Below are positions 29,369 through 38,830 of a DNA stretch of 64,000 nucleotides, piece after piece. The notes under the pieces were generated by a model. That model made no database searches. It was not told the origin of the DNA and saw only the letters and a program-made list of their open reading frames with translations. The translations under genes were made by a program, and so were the position numbers. Each line of letters opens with the position of its first letter. The stretch's first letter is position 1. The stretch is from an uncultured Desulfospira sp. Lineage in GTDB: Bacteria > Desulfobacterota > Desulfobacteria > Desulfobacterales > Desulfobacteraceae. The stretch covers positions 2,720,001-2,784,000 of the forward strand of contig OY760175.1 in the NCBI GenBank assembly GCA_963663165.1, in the 5' to 3' direction.

Positions 29369-30766
29369 ATGGACGAACATGAGATGAACGTCTTCTGGAA
29401 AAAGATTGTGAACACCATCAACGACGGCCTGTTGTTCATTGGGCCGGACGGGTCCATTTTAATGGTGAACAAAGCCTTTGAAACCCTGACCGGGTATGCT
29501 TCGGATGAGGCCATCGGCATGTCCTGCCGGATCCTGGGGTGCGATGCCTGTGAACAGGCCCTGAAAACCGGCAAAACATCGGTCTGGTGCAAGTTGTTTG
29601 AACCGGGCCGGCAAGGGATGAACAAGTGCCGCTGTCTGCTCAGGCGAAAGGACGGCAGTTTTTTCCCGGTACTCAAAAATGCGTCCATCTTTAAAGATGA
29701 AAACGAGAATATACTGGGCGTTGTGGAGACCCTCACCGATATATCGGAAATAGAACGCCTGGATGAAAAGGTTCATATGCTGTCCCGTCAATACGGGAGG
29801 GACAGTGATTTTTACGGTATGGTGGGCAAATCACGGCAAATGGAGGCCGTGTTTGAAATGGTCCGCAAGGCTTCTGATTCGGCCGCCCCGGTGATCATCT
29901 TGGGGGAAAGCGGATCAGGCAAGGAGCTGGTGGCCGATGCCATCCACCTGTCCGGGGCCAGAAAAAAAGGCCCCTTTATCCGGCTCAACTGCGCGGCCCT
30001 GAACCCGTCGATTCTTGAAAGTGAGATGTTCGGCCATGCCAAAGGGGCTTTCACCGGGGCCTATGACAACCGCATCGGCCGGTTTGAGGCGGCGGACACG
30101 GGCAGCTTTTTTTTAGATGAAATCGGCGACATGCCCCTGCCCTTGCAGACCAAGCTGCTGCGGGTCCTTGAATCCGGGCAGTTTGAACGGGTAGGGGAGA
30201 TCGATCCCGTCCGGGTGGATGTCAGGATCATTACCGCCACCAACAAAAATCTGGAAGACCTGATCCAAAAAAATGAATTCCGGCAGGACCTGTTTTACCG
30301 GATCAATGTTTTGCCCATTCATCTGCCTCCCTTGAGGGAAAGAAAAGAGGACATCCCGTTGCTGGTCAACGCCTTTATCGGGCGGCTGAACCAGGCGTCG
30401 GGCAAAACCGTCACCAGGGTGAGCCGGGAGGCCATGGACCAGTTCATGGACCACACCTTTCCGGGCAATGTCCGGGAGTTAAAAAATGCTTTGGAGTACG
30501 CCTTTGTCACGGCCGACGGCCCGGTGATCCGTCTGGAACATCTGCCCAAATCCATGGCCCCGGCCGGGCCGGAACCACAGGTTTCTTTGCCGGAAACCAC
30601 CCCCCCGGAAAAGATTTTAGATGAAAAACAGCAGCTCATTAACGCCCTGAAAAAAACCAACGGAAATCAGACCCAGGCGGCCCGTCTGTTAAAGGTCAAC
30701 CGGGTCACGGTCTGGAACCGCATGAAAAAATACGGCATTGATCTTAAAAAAACATTGGCATGCTGA
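29369..30766 (+). CDS. PAS-domain sigma54-dependent activator
   Basis: GESGSGKE, GAFTGA, LDEIG, FRQDLFYRINV, Fis HTH; Cys-rich PAS. Confidence 0.95.
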   Translation: MDEHEMNVFWKKIVNTINDGLLFIGPDGSILMVNKAFETLTGYASDEAIGMSCRILGCDACEQALKTGKTSVWCKLFEPGRQGMNKCRCLLRRKDGSFFPVLKNASIFKDENENILGVVETLTDISEIERLDEKVHMLSRQYGRDSDFYGMVGKSRQMEAVFEMVRKASDSAAPVIILGESGSGKELVADAIHLSGARKKGPFIRLNCAALNPSILESEMFGHAKGAFTGAYDNRIGRFEAADTGSFFLDEIGDMPLPLQTKLLRVLESGQFERVGEIDPVRVDVRIITATNKNLEDLIQKNEFRQDLFYRINVLPIHLPPLRERKEDIPLLVNAFIGRLNQASGKTVTRVSREAMDQFMDHTFPGNVRELKNALEYAFVTADGPVIRLEHLPKSMAPAGPEPQVSLPETTPPEKILDEKQQLINALKKTNGNQTQAARLLKVNRVTVWNRMKKYGIDLKKTLAC

Positions 30767-30985
30767 TTTGTATCCCCAGGGGAAAAAGATAAATATGGCG
30801 AAAAGGACATAAAATAAAAATATGGCGTTTCCGACATAATGAGAAAGAGCCTTTCCAGATCCCCCGCATTTTCCTAATTCTATTCTAACGAAAATCAAAT
30901 TTATCCCGTATATGTTAAATCACGCTGTTTTGGCGTGGGGATGAGGGTGGTTTCCCTTTTTTCAATCACAAGTTGCGGGATGATA

Positions 30986-31585
30986 ATGAACCGGTATATC
31001 TTTATTTTTTTGGTCATGGTACTGGCCTTTGGGCTGTCAGGCTGTTTTATTCCTGAAACATTTGATGCCGCTATCCACGTGGCAAAGGATGGGTCGTATA
31101 CCTTCCAATACACCGGCACCCTGGCCTATGGCCCTGCGTTAAAACAAATACAGAAGGTTGCGCTCACCCCCGAAAACGAAACAAAGCTTAAGGCCATGGC
31201 AACAGAGTTAAAATGGCCCCCTGAATTTAAAACCGTCACCTATGAAGGGAACGCAAGATTTGCCGCACAGGTTGAAAAATCAGGGCAACCCAACGAAGAC
31301 TATATATTTATCAATAAAGATTTTTCCTTTCTTTCCATATCCCACGAGCCCGACGGTACCATAAAGGTCAGTTCAAAAAAATGTGAGGGTGAACAGCTCA
31401 AGATGCTAAAAAATATCCGCGCCCGGATAGACGGGCATCTGACCATATCTGTGAAAAGCCCCATGAAGGTGCTGGACCATAATGCCCGCAGATCTCCAAG
31501 ATTTTTGGGCCTTTTCGGGGATTATGAGTGGGACATTCAGTCATTTGAAGACCCGGTGTTGATGGTCATTAAACCGGCATCTTAA
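30986..31585 (+). CDS. Hypothetical lipoprotein
   Basis: Lipobox LSGC after a hydrophobic leader. Confidence 0.75.
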   Translation: MNRYIFIFLVMVLAFGLSGCFIPETFDAAIHVAKDGSYTFQYTGTLAYGPALKQIQKVALTPENETKLKAMATELKWPPEFKTVTYEGNARFAAQVEKSGQPNEDYIFINKDFSFLSISHEPDGTIKVSSKKCEGEQLKMLKNIRARIDGHLTISVKSPMKVLDHNARRSPRFLGLFGDYEWDIQSFEDPVLMVIKPAS

Positions 31586-31782
31586 GGCAAAATAGTTTAA
31601 CCATAACCATCTGCTCACATAAACCAAATCACCATACCCTATAATCCTTGACGGCAAATAGATGTTTGCTGTTTTGCGCATGGTTTAATGTTCATTTTCA
31701 AATGTCTGAACGAAAGCTCGTGTTGGGCGGCTATAGATCGTCGTCGAAACACCAAACCAAAAAAGGAAAGGAGAGAAAATCA

Positions 31783-34779
31783 ATGTTTAACAAGTGTATT
31801 GCTGCTGCGGCTTTTTTAATCTGCCTGTCTGCCCCGTCAGTATGGGCGGCAGCCGCCAATTTTGCGGTCATTTCCGACCCCCATCTTTATGACACGGATT
31901 TAGGAACCACCGGAGAGGCCTTTGAAACCTATCTGGCCTCGGACCGGAAAATGCTCCGGGAGTCCGAAGCGATTCTGGCCTCAGCCTTAAAATCCATTAA
32001 AGCTAAAAAACCTGATTTTTTAATTGTTCCCGGCGACTTGACAAAGGACGGGGCCCTGGCCAGCCACGAGAAATTTGCCGGATACCTTGCCGCCATGGAA
32101 GCCGCAGGCATAAAGGTGTATGTGGCACCGGGCAACCATGATGTCAACAACCCCCACGCCTATTCTTTTGATGAGACCGGGGTCACTCCGGTTGACACCG
32201 TATCGCCGGAGGGGTTTGCACAGGTGTATGCCGATTTTGGTTATGACGAGGCCATCGACAGGGATGAAGCGTCATTGAGTTATGTGGCTGAACCCGTGGA
32301 AGGCATCTGGATTTTTTCCATTGATTCCTGCAAATACGAAAACAACATTACCCAGGGTTCTCCTGAAACCGGCGGTGCCATCCGGGAAGACACCATGGCC
32401 TGGATCCTGGAAAAAATGGCCGAGGCCAGAAGCCTTGGCAAACAGGTGATCGGATTCATGCACCATGGGGTGACTGAGCATTATACCAGCCAGACCGCTT
32501 TTTTTTCAGAATATGTTGTGGATGACTGGGAACAGGTTTCCGCCACCCTGGCCGATGCCGGAATGAAAATGGTGTTTACCGGCCATTACCATGCCAATGA
32601 TATTACCCAGACCACACGGGTTAACGGCGGCCCCACGCTGTTTGATGTTGAAACCGGCTCCCTTGTCACCTGTCCTTCTCCTTACCGGCTGGTAACCTTA
32701 ATGGACAACAAGGCCGCCATCCAGACCCAGTTTGTTAAAAAGATCAACTATGATACCGGAGACCAGTCCTTCCAGGAATATGCACAGGATTATCTGTACA
32801 ACGGCCTTGTATCGATTGCCCAGGTCCTGCTCCAGAGCATGTTCGGGGTAGATGCGACTACGGCAGCTTATGCGGCCCCCTCTGTCGCAAAGGCCTTTTG
32901 TGCCCATTATGCCGGTGATGAAACTGCCGATGCCGAAGCTTGGGCTGCGATCAATCAATTTATGGGTGGTGATGAAGACTCCCAGCTGTTAGGGGGGGTG
33001 CTTTATTATCTGTGGACGGATCTGCCCGTGGCAGACAACAATGTCTTTTTGGATTGCAGCACCGGCATTAAATTGTCCGTGGCCGGGACCTATGCATACA
33101 CGGATGCATCCGGAGCCAAAGTGTTTGATGGGGGTGCAGCGGAAATCCTGACCTATGACCCTTCTACCCAACGGGTTTTTGTTTCCAATGCCCATGCCAA
33201 TACCGTGGATGTCCTGGATGCGTCTGATCCGGCTCACCTGTCACGTTTATTTTCCATAGCTTTGGAGGGTTATGGTAAAGGGGTAAACAGCGTTGCGGTT
33301 AAGAACGGTATCCTGGCCGCAGCCATTGAGGCTGATCCCAAACAGAGTGACGGAAAAATCGTATTTTTTGATACCACTACCGGTGACTGTCTGAAACAGG
33401 TTGATGCCGGTGCCCTGCCCGACATGCTGACCTTTACCCCGGACGGCCGTAAAGTCCTTTGCGCCAATGAAGGGGAACCCAGTGACGATTATACCAATGA
33501 CCCTGAAGGGTCTGTTACCATTGTGGACTTGAGCGGGGGTGTGGAAAATGCTGATGCTGTTACGGTGGGCTTTTCTGCCTTTAATAACCAGGCGACGGCT
33601 CTCAAAGAAGCCGGGGTCAGGATTTTCGGTCCCGATGCCACGGTTGCCATGGATCTGGAGCCCGAATACATTGCCGTGTCCCAGGACGGCTCAACTGCAT
33701 GGATCACCTGCCAGGAAAACAATGCCATGGCCATTCTCGATATTGAAACCCGAACCATTACCGGCATTGTGCCCCTGACTTACAAGGCTCACAATGTGGA
33801 CGGCAACGGGCTTGATGCCAGCAACAAGGATGATGGTATCAATATCCAGACCTATGGCAACCTTTACGGCATGATCCAGCCCGATGCCGTGGCCGCTTTT
33901 CAGGTAGACGGTGAGACTTATTTGATCACCGCCAATGAAGGGGATTCAAGGGACTATGACGGGTTTTCGGAAGAAAAAAGGATAACGGGTGTGACCCTCG
34001 ACCCCACAGCCTTTCCTGATGCCGCTTCCCTCCAGGAAAATGAAGTCCTTGGCAGACTCAACATCACCACCACCCTGGGCGACACGGATGAGGATGGTGA
34101 TTACGATGAACTGTATTGCTACGGCGGCCGGTCCTTTTCCATTTTCAAGGCAGTGGACGGCGGTCTGGAACCGGTCTTTGACAGCGGGGATCAGTTGGAG
34201 CGGATCACAGCGGCCATGCTGCCCGATAATTTTAACGCCACCAACGATGACAACGATTCCTTTGACAGCCGCAGTGATGACAAGGGGCCTGAACCCGAAG
34301 GCCTGGCCGTGGGCACCATCAACGGCCGGACCTACGCCTTTATCGGCCTTGAACGTATCGGCGGTGTCATGGTGTATGATGTCACCGATCCTGCCGCTCC
34401 CGTTTTTGTCCAGTACATCAACAACCGGGATTTCACAGGTGATGCTGAAGAAGGCACCGCCGGCGACCTTGGCCCTGAAGGCCTGGTGTTCATCCCGGCA
34501 TCTGACAGCCCCACAGGTGCAAACCTGCTGGGGGTTGCCAACGAAATCAGCGGCACCACCACCTTGTATACCATTGATGTTGACAGTGATCTTGAAGGGG
34601 ACTTCAACGGTGACGGTGTGGTTGACAATGTGGATGTCAAACTGCTGCGGGTCCACCTTCGCCAGCCGGCAGCCACCCTCCCGGCGGCCGATTTTGACGG
34701 TGACGGAACCATTACGGTCCGGGATGTTCGCAAGCTGATAAATAAATGCACCCATGCCAGGTGCGCCTGCCAAGGGTAG
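31783..34779 (+). CDS. Secreted metallophosphoesterase fused to choice-of-anchor I (alkaline phosphatase-like) domain, with dockerin-like tail
   Basis: SDPH, GDLT, PGNHD, GHYH; ANEGE, LEPEY, DKGPEPEG, GLERIGG; two DxNGDG/DxDGDG loops. Confidence 0.85.
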   Translation: MFNKCIAAAAFLICLSAPSVWAAAANFAVISDPHLYDTDLGTTGEAFETYLASDRKMLRESEAILASALKSIKAKKPDFLIVPGDLTKDGALASHEKFAGYLAAMEAAGIKVYVAPGNHDVNNPHAYSFDETGVTPVDTVSPEGFAQVYADFGYDEAIDRDEASLSYVAEPVEGIWIFSIDSCKYENNITQGSPETGGAIREDTMAWILEKMAEARSLGKQVIGFMHHGVTEHYTSQTAFFSEYVVDDWEQVSATLADAGMKMVFTGHYHANDITQTTRVNGGPTLFDVETGSLVTCPSPYRLVTLMDNKAAIQTQFVKKINYDTGDQSFQEYAQDYLYNGLVSIAQVLLQSMFGVDATTAAYAAPSVAKAFCAHYAGDETADAEAWAAINQFMGGDEDSQLLGGVLYYLWTDLPVADNNVFLDCSTGIKLSVAGTYAYTDASGAKVFDGGAAEILTYDPSTQRVFVSNAHANTVDVLDASDPAHLSRLFSIALEGYGKGVNSVAVKNGILAAAIEADPKQSDGKIVFFDTTTGDCLKQVDAGALPDMLTFTPDGRKVLCANEGEPSDDYTNDPEGSVTIVDLSGGVENADAVTVGFSAFNNQATALKEAGVRIFGPDATVAMDLEPEYIAVSQDGSTAWITCQENNAMAILDIETRTITGIVPLTYKAHNVDGNGLDASNKDDGINIQTYGNLYGMIQPDAVAAFQVDGETYLITANEGDSRDYDGFSEEKRITGVTLDPTAFPDAASLQENEVLGRLNITTTLGDTDEDGDYDELYCYGGRSFSIFKAVDGGLEPVFDSGDQLERITAAMLPDNFNATNDDNDSFDSRSDDKGPEPEGLAVGTINGRTYAFIGLERIGGVMVYDVTDPAAPVFVQYINNRDFTGDAEEGTAGDLGPEGLVFIPASDSPTGANLLGVANEISGTTTLYTIDVDSDLEGDFNGDGVVDNVDVKLLRVHLRQPAATLPAADFDGDGTITVRDVRKLINKCTHARCACQG

Positions 34780-34802
34780 GTAATTTGCGTCCTTGGTTTT
34801 TT

Positions 34803-34829
34803 GGGCCGGGTTGAATCTTAACCCGGCCC
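34803..34829. terminator. Intrinsic terminator
   Basis: GGGCCGGGTT/AACCCGGCCC between convergent genes. Confidence 0.7.
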
Positions 34830-34871
34830 TAAGCCCTTTTTTTTGTTTACCTTTCCGGTCTGAGTTACACT

Positions 34872-36107
34872 TTATCGGAGGTTATCCCTTCCCTGGCGGA
34901 TCAGTTCCAGCACATGATCAATATCGGCGACGGTGTGGCAGGCGTTGATCTGGAACCGGATGGTTTCATCGCCTTTGGGGACCACGGGAAATGTTAAGCC
35001 CACCACCAATACCCCGTTGTTATACAGAAAGTTTACCAGATCCCGGGTTCTGGCGGTATTCCGGACCAGAAGAGGGACCACGGGGTGAGGGCCGTCAATG
35101 GATTCAAGCCCTAAGCCTTCAAGGCCTTTTCTGAACCGGGCCGTGGCGTTTCCAAGATGGCCTAAAAGGTCCCGGCCCTGATCGCTGTCACAGATATCCA
35201 GGGCGGCCAGGGCAGCGGCACAGTCGGCAACACTTAGGGGGTTGGTGTAAATATAGGTGTCGGCCTTTTGCCGGACCGCCTCAATAACGGTGTCACTGCC
35301 TGCGATAAATCCGCCGTTCACCCCGAATGCCTTGCCAAAGGTGCCGATCACCATATCGGGCCAGGCCCCGGCATATTCGCTGGTGCCCCGGCCCGTTGCC
35401 CCGTAGGCCCCGATGCCGTGGGAATCGTCCACCACGGTGATGACCCCGTCTTTGAATTTGTCATCATAGGAGTTGCAGATGCTCTGGATCTGGTCAATGG
35501 GGGCAAAGTCACCGCGCATGGAAAAAATGCCGTCGAAAATCACCACCACCCGTTCCATGGACGGGTCCACCTCATCCAGGCAGCGTTTCAGATCGGCCAT
35601 ATCATTGTGCCGGAAAATTCCCTTATTGGCCGAGGGGATGTTGGATATGCGCATGGCCCGGATAATGGAGTTGTGGTTGAGCTGGTCCCCGATCCAGTGG
35701 GTTTTGGGGCTTGAAATGCTCAATGCCAGGCCGCAGTTGGCTGTATAGGCGCTGTTAAAGATTTTGGCGGCAGGCTTGCCCGTAAACTGTGCAATCCGCT
35801 GTTCCAAATTAGCGTGGTAGGAAAAAGTGCCGTCAATGAACCTTACCGCCCCCGGGCCCACCCCGAATTCATGGGTGGCTTTATCGGCTGCCGCCACCAG
35901 TTCAGGATGGGTGGATAAAGACAGATAAGAATTTGAATTGAGACGGATATACGCTTTGTCAGATCCCAGAAGTGTATATCTTGGGCCGGATTCTCCTTTG
36001 GGCGGGATATATCCGGTAATAATCCGTTCCTTTTGTTTTGCCCGGCCTTCTTCGCTTAATGCGAGAAGTTCCGATTCAAGGCTTTTGTCTAATTTTTTCA
36101 TGGTCAT
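34872..36107 (-). CDS. kbl: 2-amino-3-ketobutyrate CoA ligase
   Basis: GAVRFIDGT, LNHNSII, DDSHG, GTFGKA; next to tdh. Confidence 0.88.
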   Translation of the reverse strand: MTMKKLDKSLESELLALSEEGRAKQKERIITGYIPPKGESGPRYTLLGSDKAYIRLNSNSYLSLSTHPELVAAADKATHEFGVGPGAVRFIDGTFSYHANLEQRIAQFTGKPAAKIFNSAYTANCGLALSISSPKTHWIGDQLNHNSIIRAMRISNIPSANKGIFRHNDMADLKRCLDEVDPSMERVVVIFDGIFSMRGDFAPIDQIQSICNSYDDKFKDGVITVVDDSHGIGAYGATGRGTSEYAGAWPDMVIGTFGKAFGVNGGFIAGSDTVIEAVRQKADTYIYTNPLSVADCAAALAALDICDSDQGRDLLGHLGNATARFRKGLEGLGLESIDGPHPVVPLLVRNTARTRDLVNFLYNNGVLVVGLTFPVVPKGDETIRFQINACHTVADIDHVLELIRQGRDNLR

Positions 36108-36124
36108 ACTGGGGTATCCTTAAG

Positions 36125-37174
36125 TTAATCCCAATCTAAAATGACTTTTCCTGAATTTCCGGACCTCATGACCTCAAATCCCTTTTCAAATTCCGTGTAG
36201 TGGAACTTGTGGGTGATCAAAGGGGAAATATCCAGGCCGCTTTGGAGCATGGTGGTCATTTTATACCAGGTCTCGTACATTTCTCTTCCGTAAATTCCCT
36301 TGATGGTGAGCATGTTGAACACGACCTTGTTCCAGTCAATGGGTGCCTGGTCGGGCATGATGCCCAGCATGGCAATTTTACCGCCATGGCACATGTTGGA
36401 AAGGATGGCATCAAGGGCTGCCGGGCTGCCGGACATTTCCATGGCCACGTCAAATCCCTCTTTCATGTTAAGTTCTTTTTGAATATTGCCCAGGTCCTCT
36501 TTGGCCGCATTGACGGTCCGGGTGGCCCCGGCTTTTCGGGCCAGATCCAGGCGAAAGGGGTTAAGATCCGTGACCACCACATGGCGGGCCCCGGCATGCC
36601 GGGCAATGGCCGCGGCCATGCAGCCGATGGGACCGGCCCCGGTGATCAGGACATCCTCGCCCAGCACATCAAAGCTCAAGGCCGTGTGGGTGGCATTGCC
36701 GAATGGGTCAAAGCAGGCCAGGACATCCAGGGGGATGGTTCTGTCACAGTACCAGACATTGGTCACGGGGATGGCCAGATACTCGGCAAAGGCCCCGGGC
36801 CGGTTCACGCCAACGCCTTTGGTGTCCCGGCACAAGTGGCGCCGGCCGGCCAGGCAGTTCCTGCAGTGGCCGCAGACCAGATGCCCCTCCCCGGAAACCA
36901 GGTCTCCGATGGCAAAATCCGTGACGTGGCTGCCCACGGCGGCAATTTTGCCCACAAATTCATGGCCGATATGCATGGGCACGGGAATGGTGTTCTGGGA
37001 CCATTTATCCCAGTTGTAAATATGGACATCCGTGCCGCAGATGGCGGTTTTAAGGATTTTGATCAGCACCTGGTCATGGCGGATTTGGGGAACCGGAACC
37101 TTCTGGAGCCACAAGCCCTGTTTTGCATGGGCCTTGACCAGGGCGTTCATGGTATGAGGAATGGATGAATTCAT
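36125..37174 (-). CDS. tdh: L-threonine 3-dehydrogenase
   Basis: [49 protein letters not shown]. Confidence 0.95.
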   Translation of the reverse strand: MNSSIPHTMNALVKAHAKQGLWLQKVPVPQIRHDQVLIKILKTAICGTDVHIYNWDKWSQNTIPVPMHIGHEFVGKIAAVGSHVTDFAIGDLVSGEGHLVCGHCRNCLAGRRHLCRDTKGVGVNRPGAFAEYLAIPVTNVWYCDRTIPLDVLACFDPFGNATHTALSFDVLGEDVLITGAGPIGCMAAAIARHAGARHVVVTDLNPFRLDLARKAGATRTVNAAKEDLGNIQKELNMKEGFDVAMEMSGSPAALDAILSNMCHGGKIAMLGIMPDQAPIDWNKVVFNMLTIKGIYGREMYETWYKMTTMLQSGLDISPLITHKFHYTEFEKGFEVMRSGNSGKVILDWD

Positions 37175-37265
37175 GATGGGAACACTCCTTAATGTTAAGC
37201 GTTCATCATTCATCCTGCCCTTGTGGGGTAAAAATGTCAAGAAGGGACCGGTTTGCGGGCAGGCC

Positions 37266-37465
37266 ATCGCATGTGACTTGCCCGCTGGTGATGCCAATTG
37301 GGGTGATAAGGATAATAATGTATAAAATTGGGACTTGGGATATGGGACTTGGGACTTGGGGAGGCCATGGATACGGCAATCCCCAAGTCCCATATCCCAA
37401 GTCCAAAGTCCATAATTGGAGATTCTCCTTATTTTCCATTCCGGAATGGGTTGCTTTTTTACATG
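37266..37465. repeat. Bipartite dispersed element, copy 2
   Basis: Matches copy 1 blocks; centre is an inverted GGGACTT/CCCAAGT array. Confidence 0.8.
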
Positions 37466-37641
37466 CGTTAGCCCTGCTTTAAGGGCAATTGCGTTCAGCC
37501 CGCTTAAAATTTTGATCTAAATCATGACAAGCCATTTTAACGGTTTTTGAAGATAAGCTTTTGTAATGGGGTGGGTTTCTATCGTGAATATGGAATCAAG
37601 CCGTATCGGACGAGCGGGGGAACTGCGGGGGGAGGATGGCT

Positions 37642-37678
37642 TTGAGAAATTCGCCGCATGGGGTTGCGAATTTCTCAA
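37642..37678. terminator. Hairpin, possible terminator
   Basis: TTGAGAAATTCGC/GCGAATTTCTCAA. Confidence 0.5.
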
Positions 37679-37707
37679 GGCGGTTCCGGGGGTTTTCCCA
37701 TGGGGGG

Positions 37708-38157
37708 TTACCAGTTCTGGGGATTGAGCATGGTTTGCTCAGCCTCTTTTTTCCGGATTTCTTCCTGATCCTTTTGATAGATTTCGGGTGACGGGGTGTA
37801 TTCAGCAGAAACCGTTGTTACCACCGGCGTAAGAACCCAGGTAAACGGCGGAAACCCATACCAGTAATTTTCGCTCGATCCCTGAACAATCCGGACATTG
37901 TTACCGCCCTCTTCAGCGATGGCTTCGGTCAGGTCTTCCACCATCCCGCCTACGCCGACATTGCCGGCAAACGGGATCACCACCAGAAGATTCATGGCCA
38001 CTTTACTGGTTTTTTTATAATAAGCCGGTTCTCCGTCCACCCCGGTCAATCCATGCCAGTTTGTTGCCGTTGAGTGAAACGCACACCCGCTCATCAGACA
38101 ACAGAAGCAAGCCAGAACCACCATCCTTTTTTTAATACACATCCTGTTTTCCATCAT
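37708..38157 (-). CDS. Hypothetical lipoprotein
   Basis: Leader with MSGC lipobox; AAGGAAGG RBS. Confidence 0.75.
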   Translation of the reverse strand: MMENRMCIKKRMVVLACFCCLMSGCAFHSTATNWHGLTGVDGEPAYYKKTSKVAMNLLVVIPFAGNVGVGGMVEDLTEAIAEEGGNNVRIVQGSSENYWYGFPPFTWVLTPVVTTVSAEYTPSPEIYQKDQEEIRKKEAEQTMLNPQNW

Positions 38158-38830
38158 TGACTATCGGCCTTCCTTTTTTAAAACAATAAATTCCTTTAAT
38201 TTAACCCGGTGCCGGGCCTGTTCCGTTTTACCGGGCCGGCCATCCCACTGGATCCATGATCTTTACCAGCAACCGGCCGGGGCGGTAAACAACACCGTCC
38301 CGGCCGGCAAATCGGTTCTGTATAAAATAGGGTCTTTTAATTGTCAAGGTTGGGCCGGGCCAAAGACGGACCCGCTTAAGGCCACGGTTTTGAGGGTAAA
38401 AAAAGCGGGAACTTTTATCCTGTCGATCCCTTAGGCCCATTTGCCTTCACCCCATCGGATCTGTCCCAACCATCTTAATTATGTAAAAAAAATGAAGAAA
38501 CGCAGGTGTAAATCCAAGATTGGCCTTGACATTAAAGCCTTTTCCAATATTATGGAAAATGACCTTAACCATTTTTCGTAAATAAAAAAATACAGCGGCA
38601 AAAAGGGACGTTAGCCCCCCCCCAAAGGAAAACCCTGAATTACGTTTCGCCCAACCGTTATATCTGTCGTTTTTGTGATACCATTGACTTTGCCGCAAAT
38701 CCGTATAACGGCCACGGGCCGTCTTGGTTATCCAACCAAGGCCCGCCCGCAACAAATATTATAAAAATTCAACCGGTTGCAGAGTCTTTCATATAAAAAA
38801 AACAAAAAGCAGCCCCATTGAAGGCAAGCC

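Noticed and set aside
30761..30766. Activator ends TGC-TGA (possible Cys-Sec)
   Set aside because: Follows a complete Fis HTH; no conserved continuation or hairpin
37206..37439. Ile-rich ORFs (also 17408-17650) as attenuator leader peptides
   Set aside because: They arise from the shared repeat block; TTGACA promoter candidates lie downstream of them
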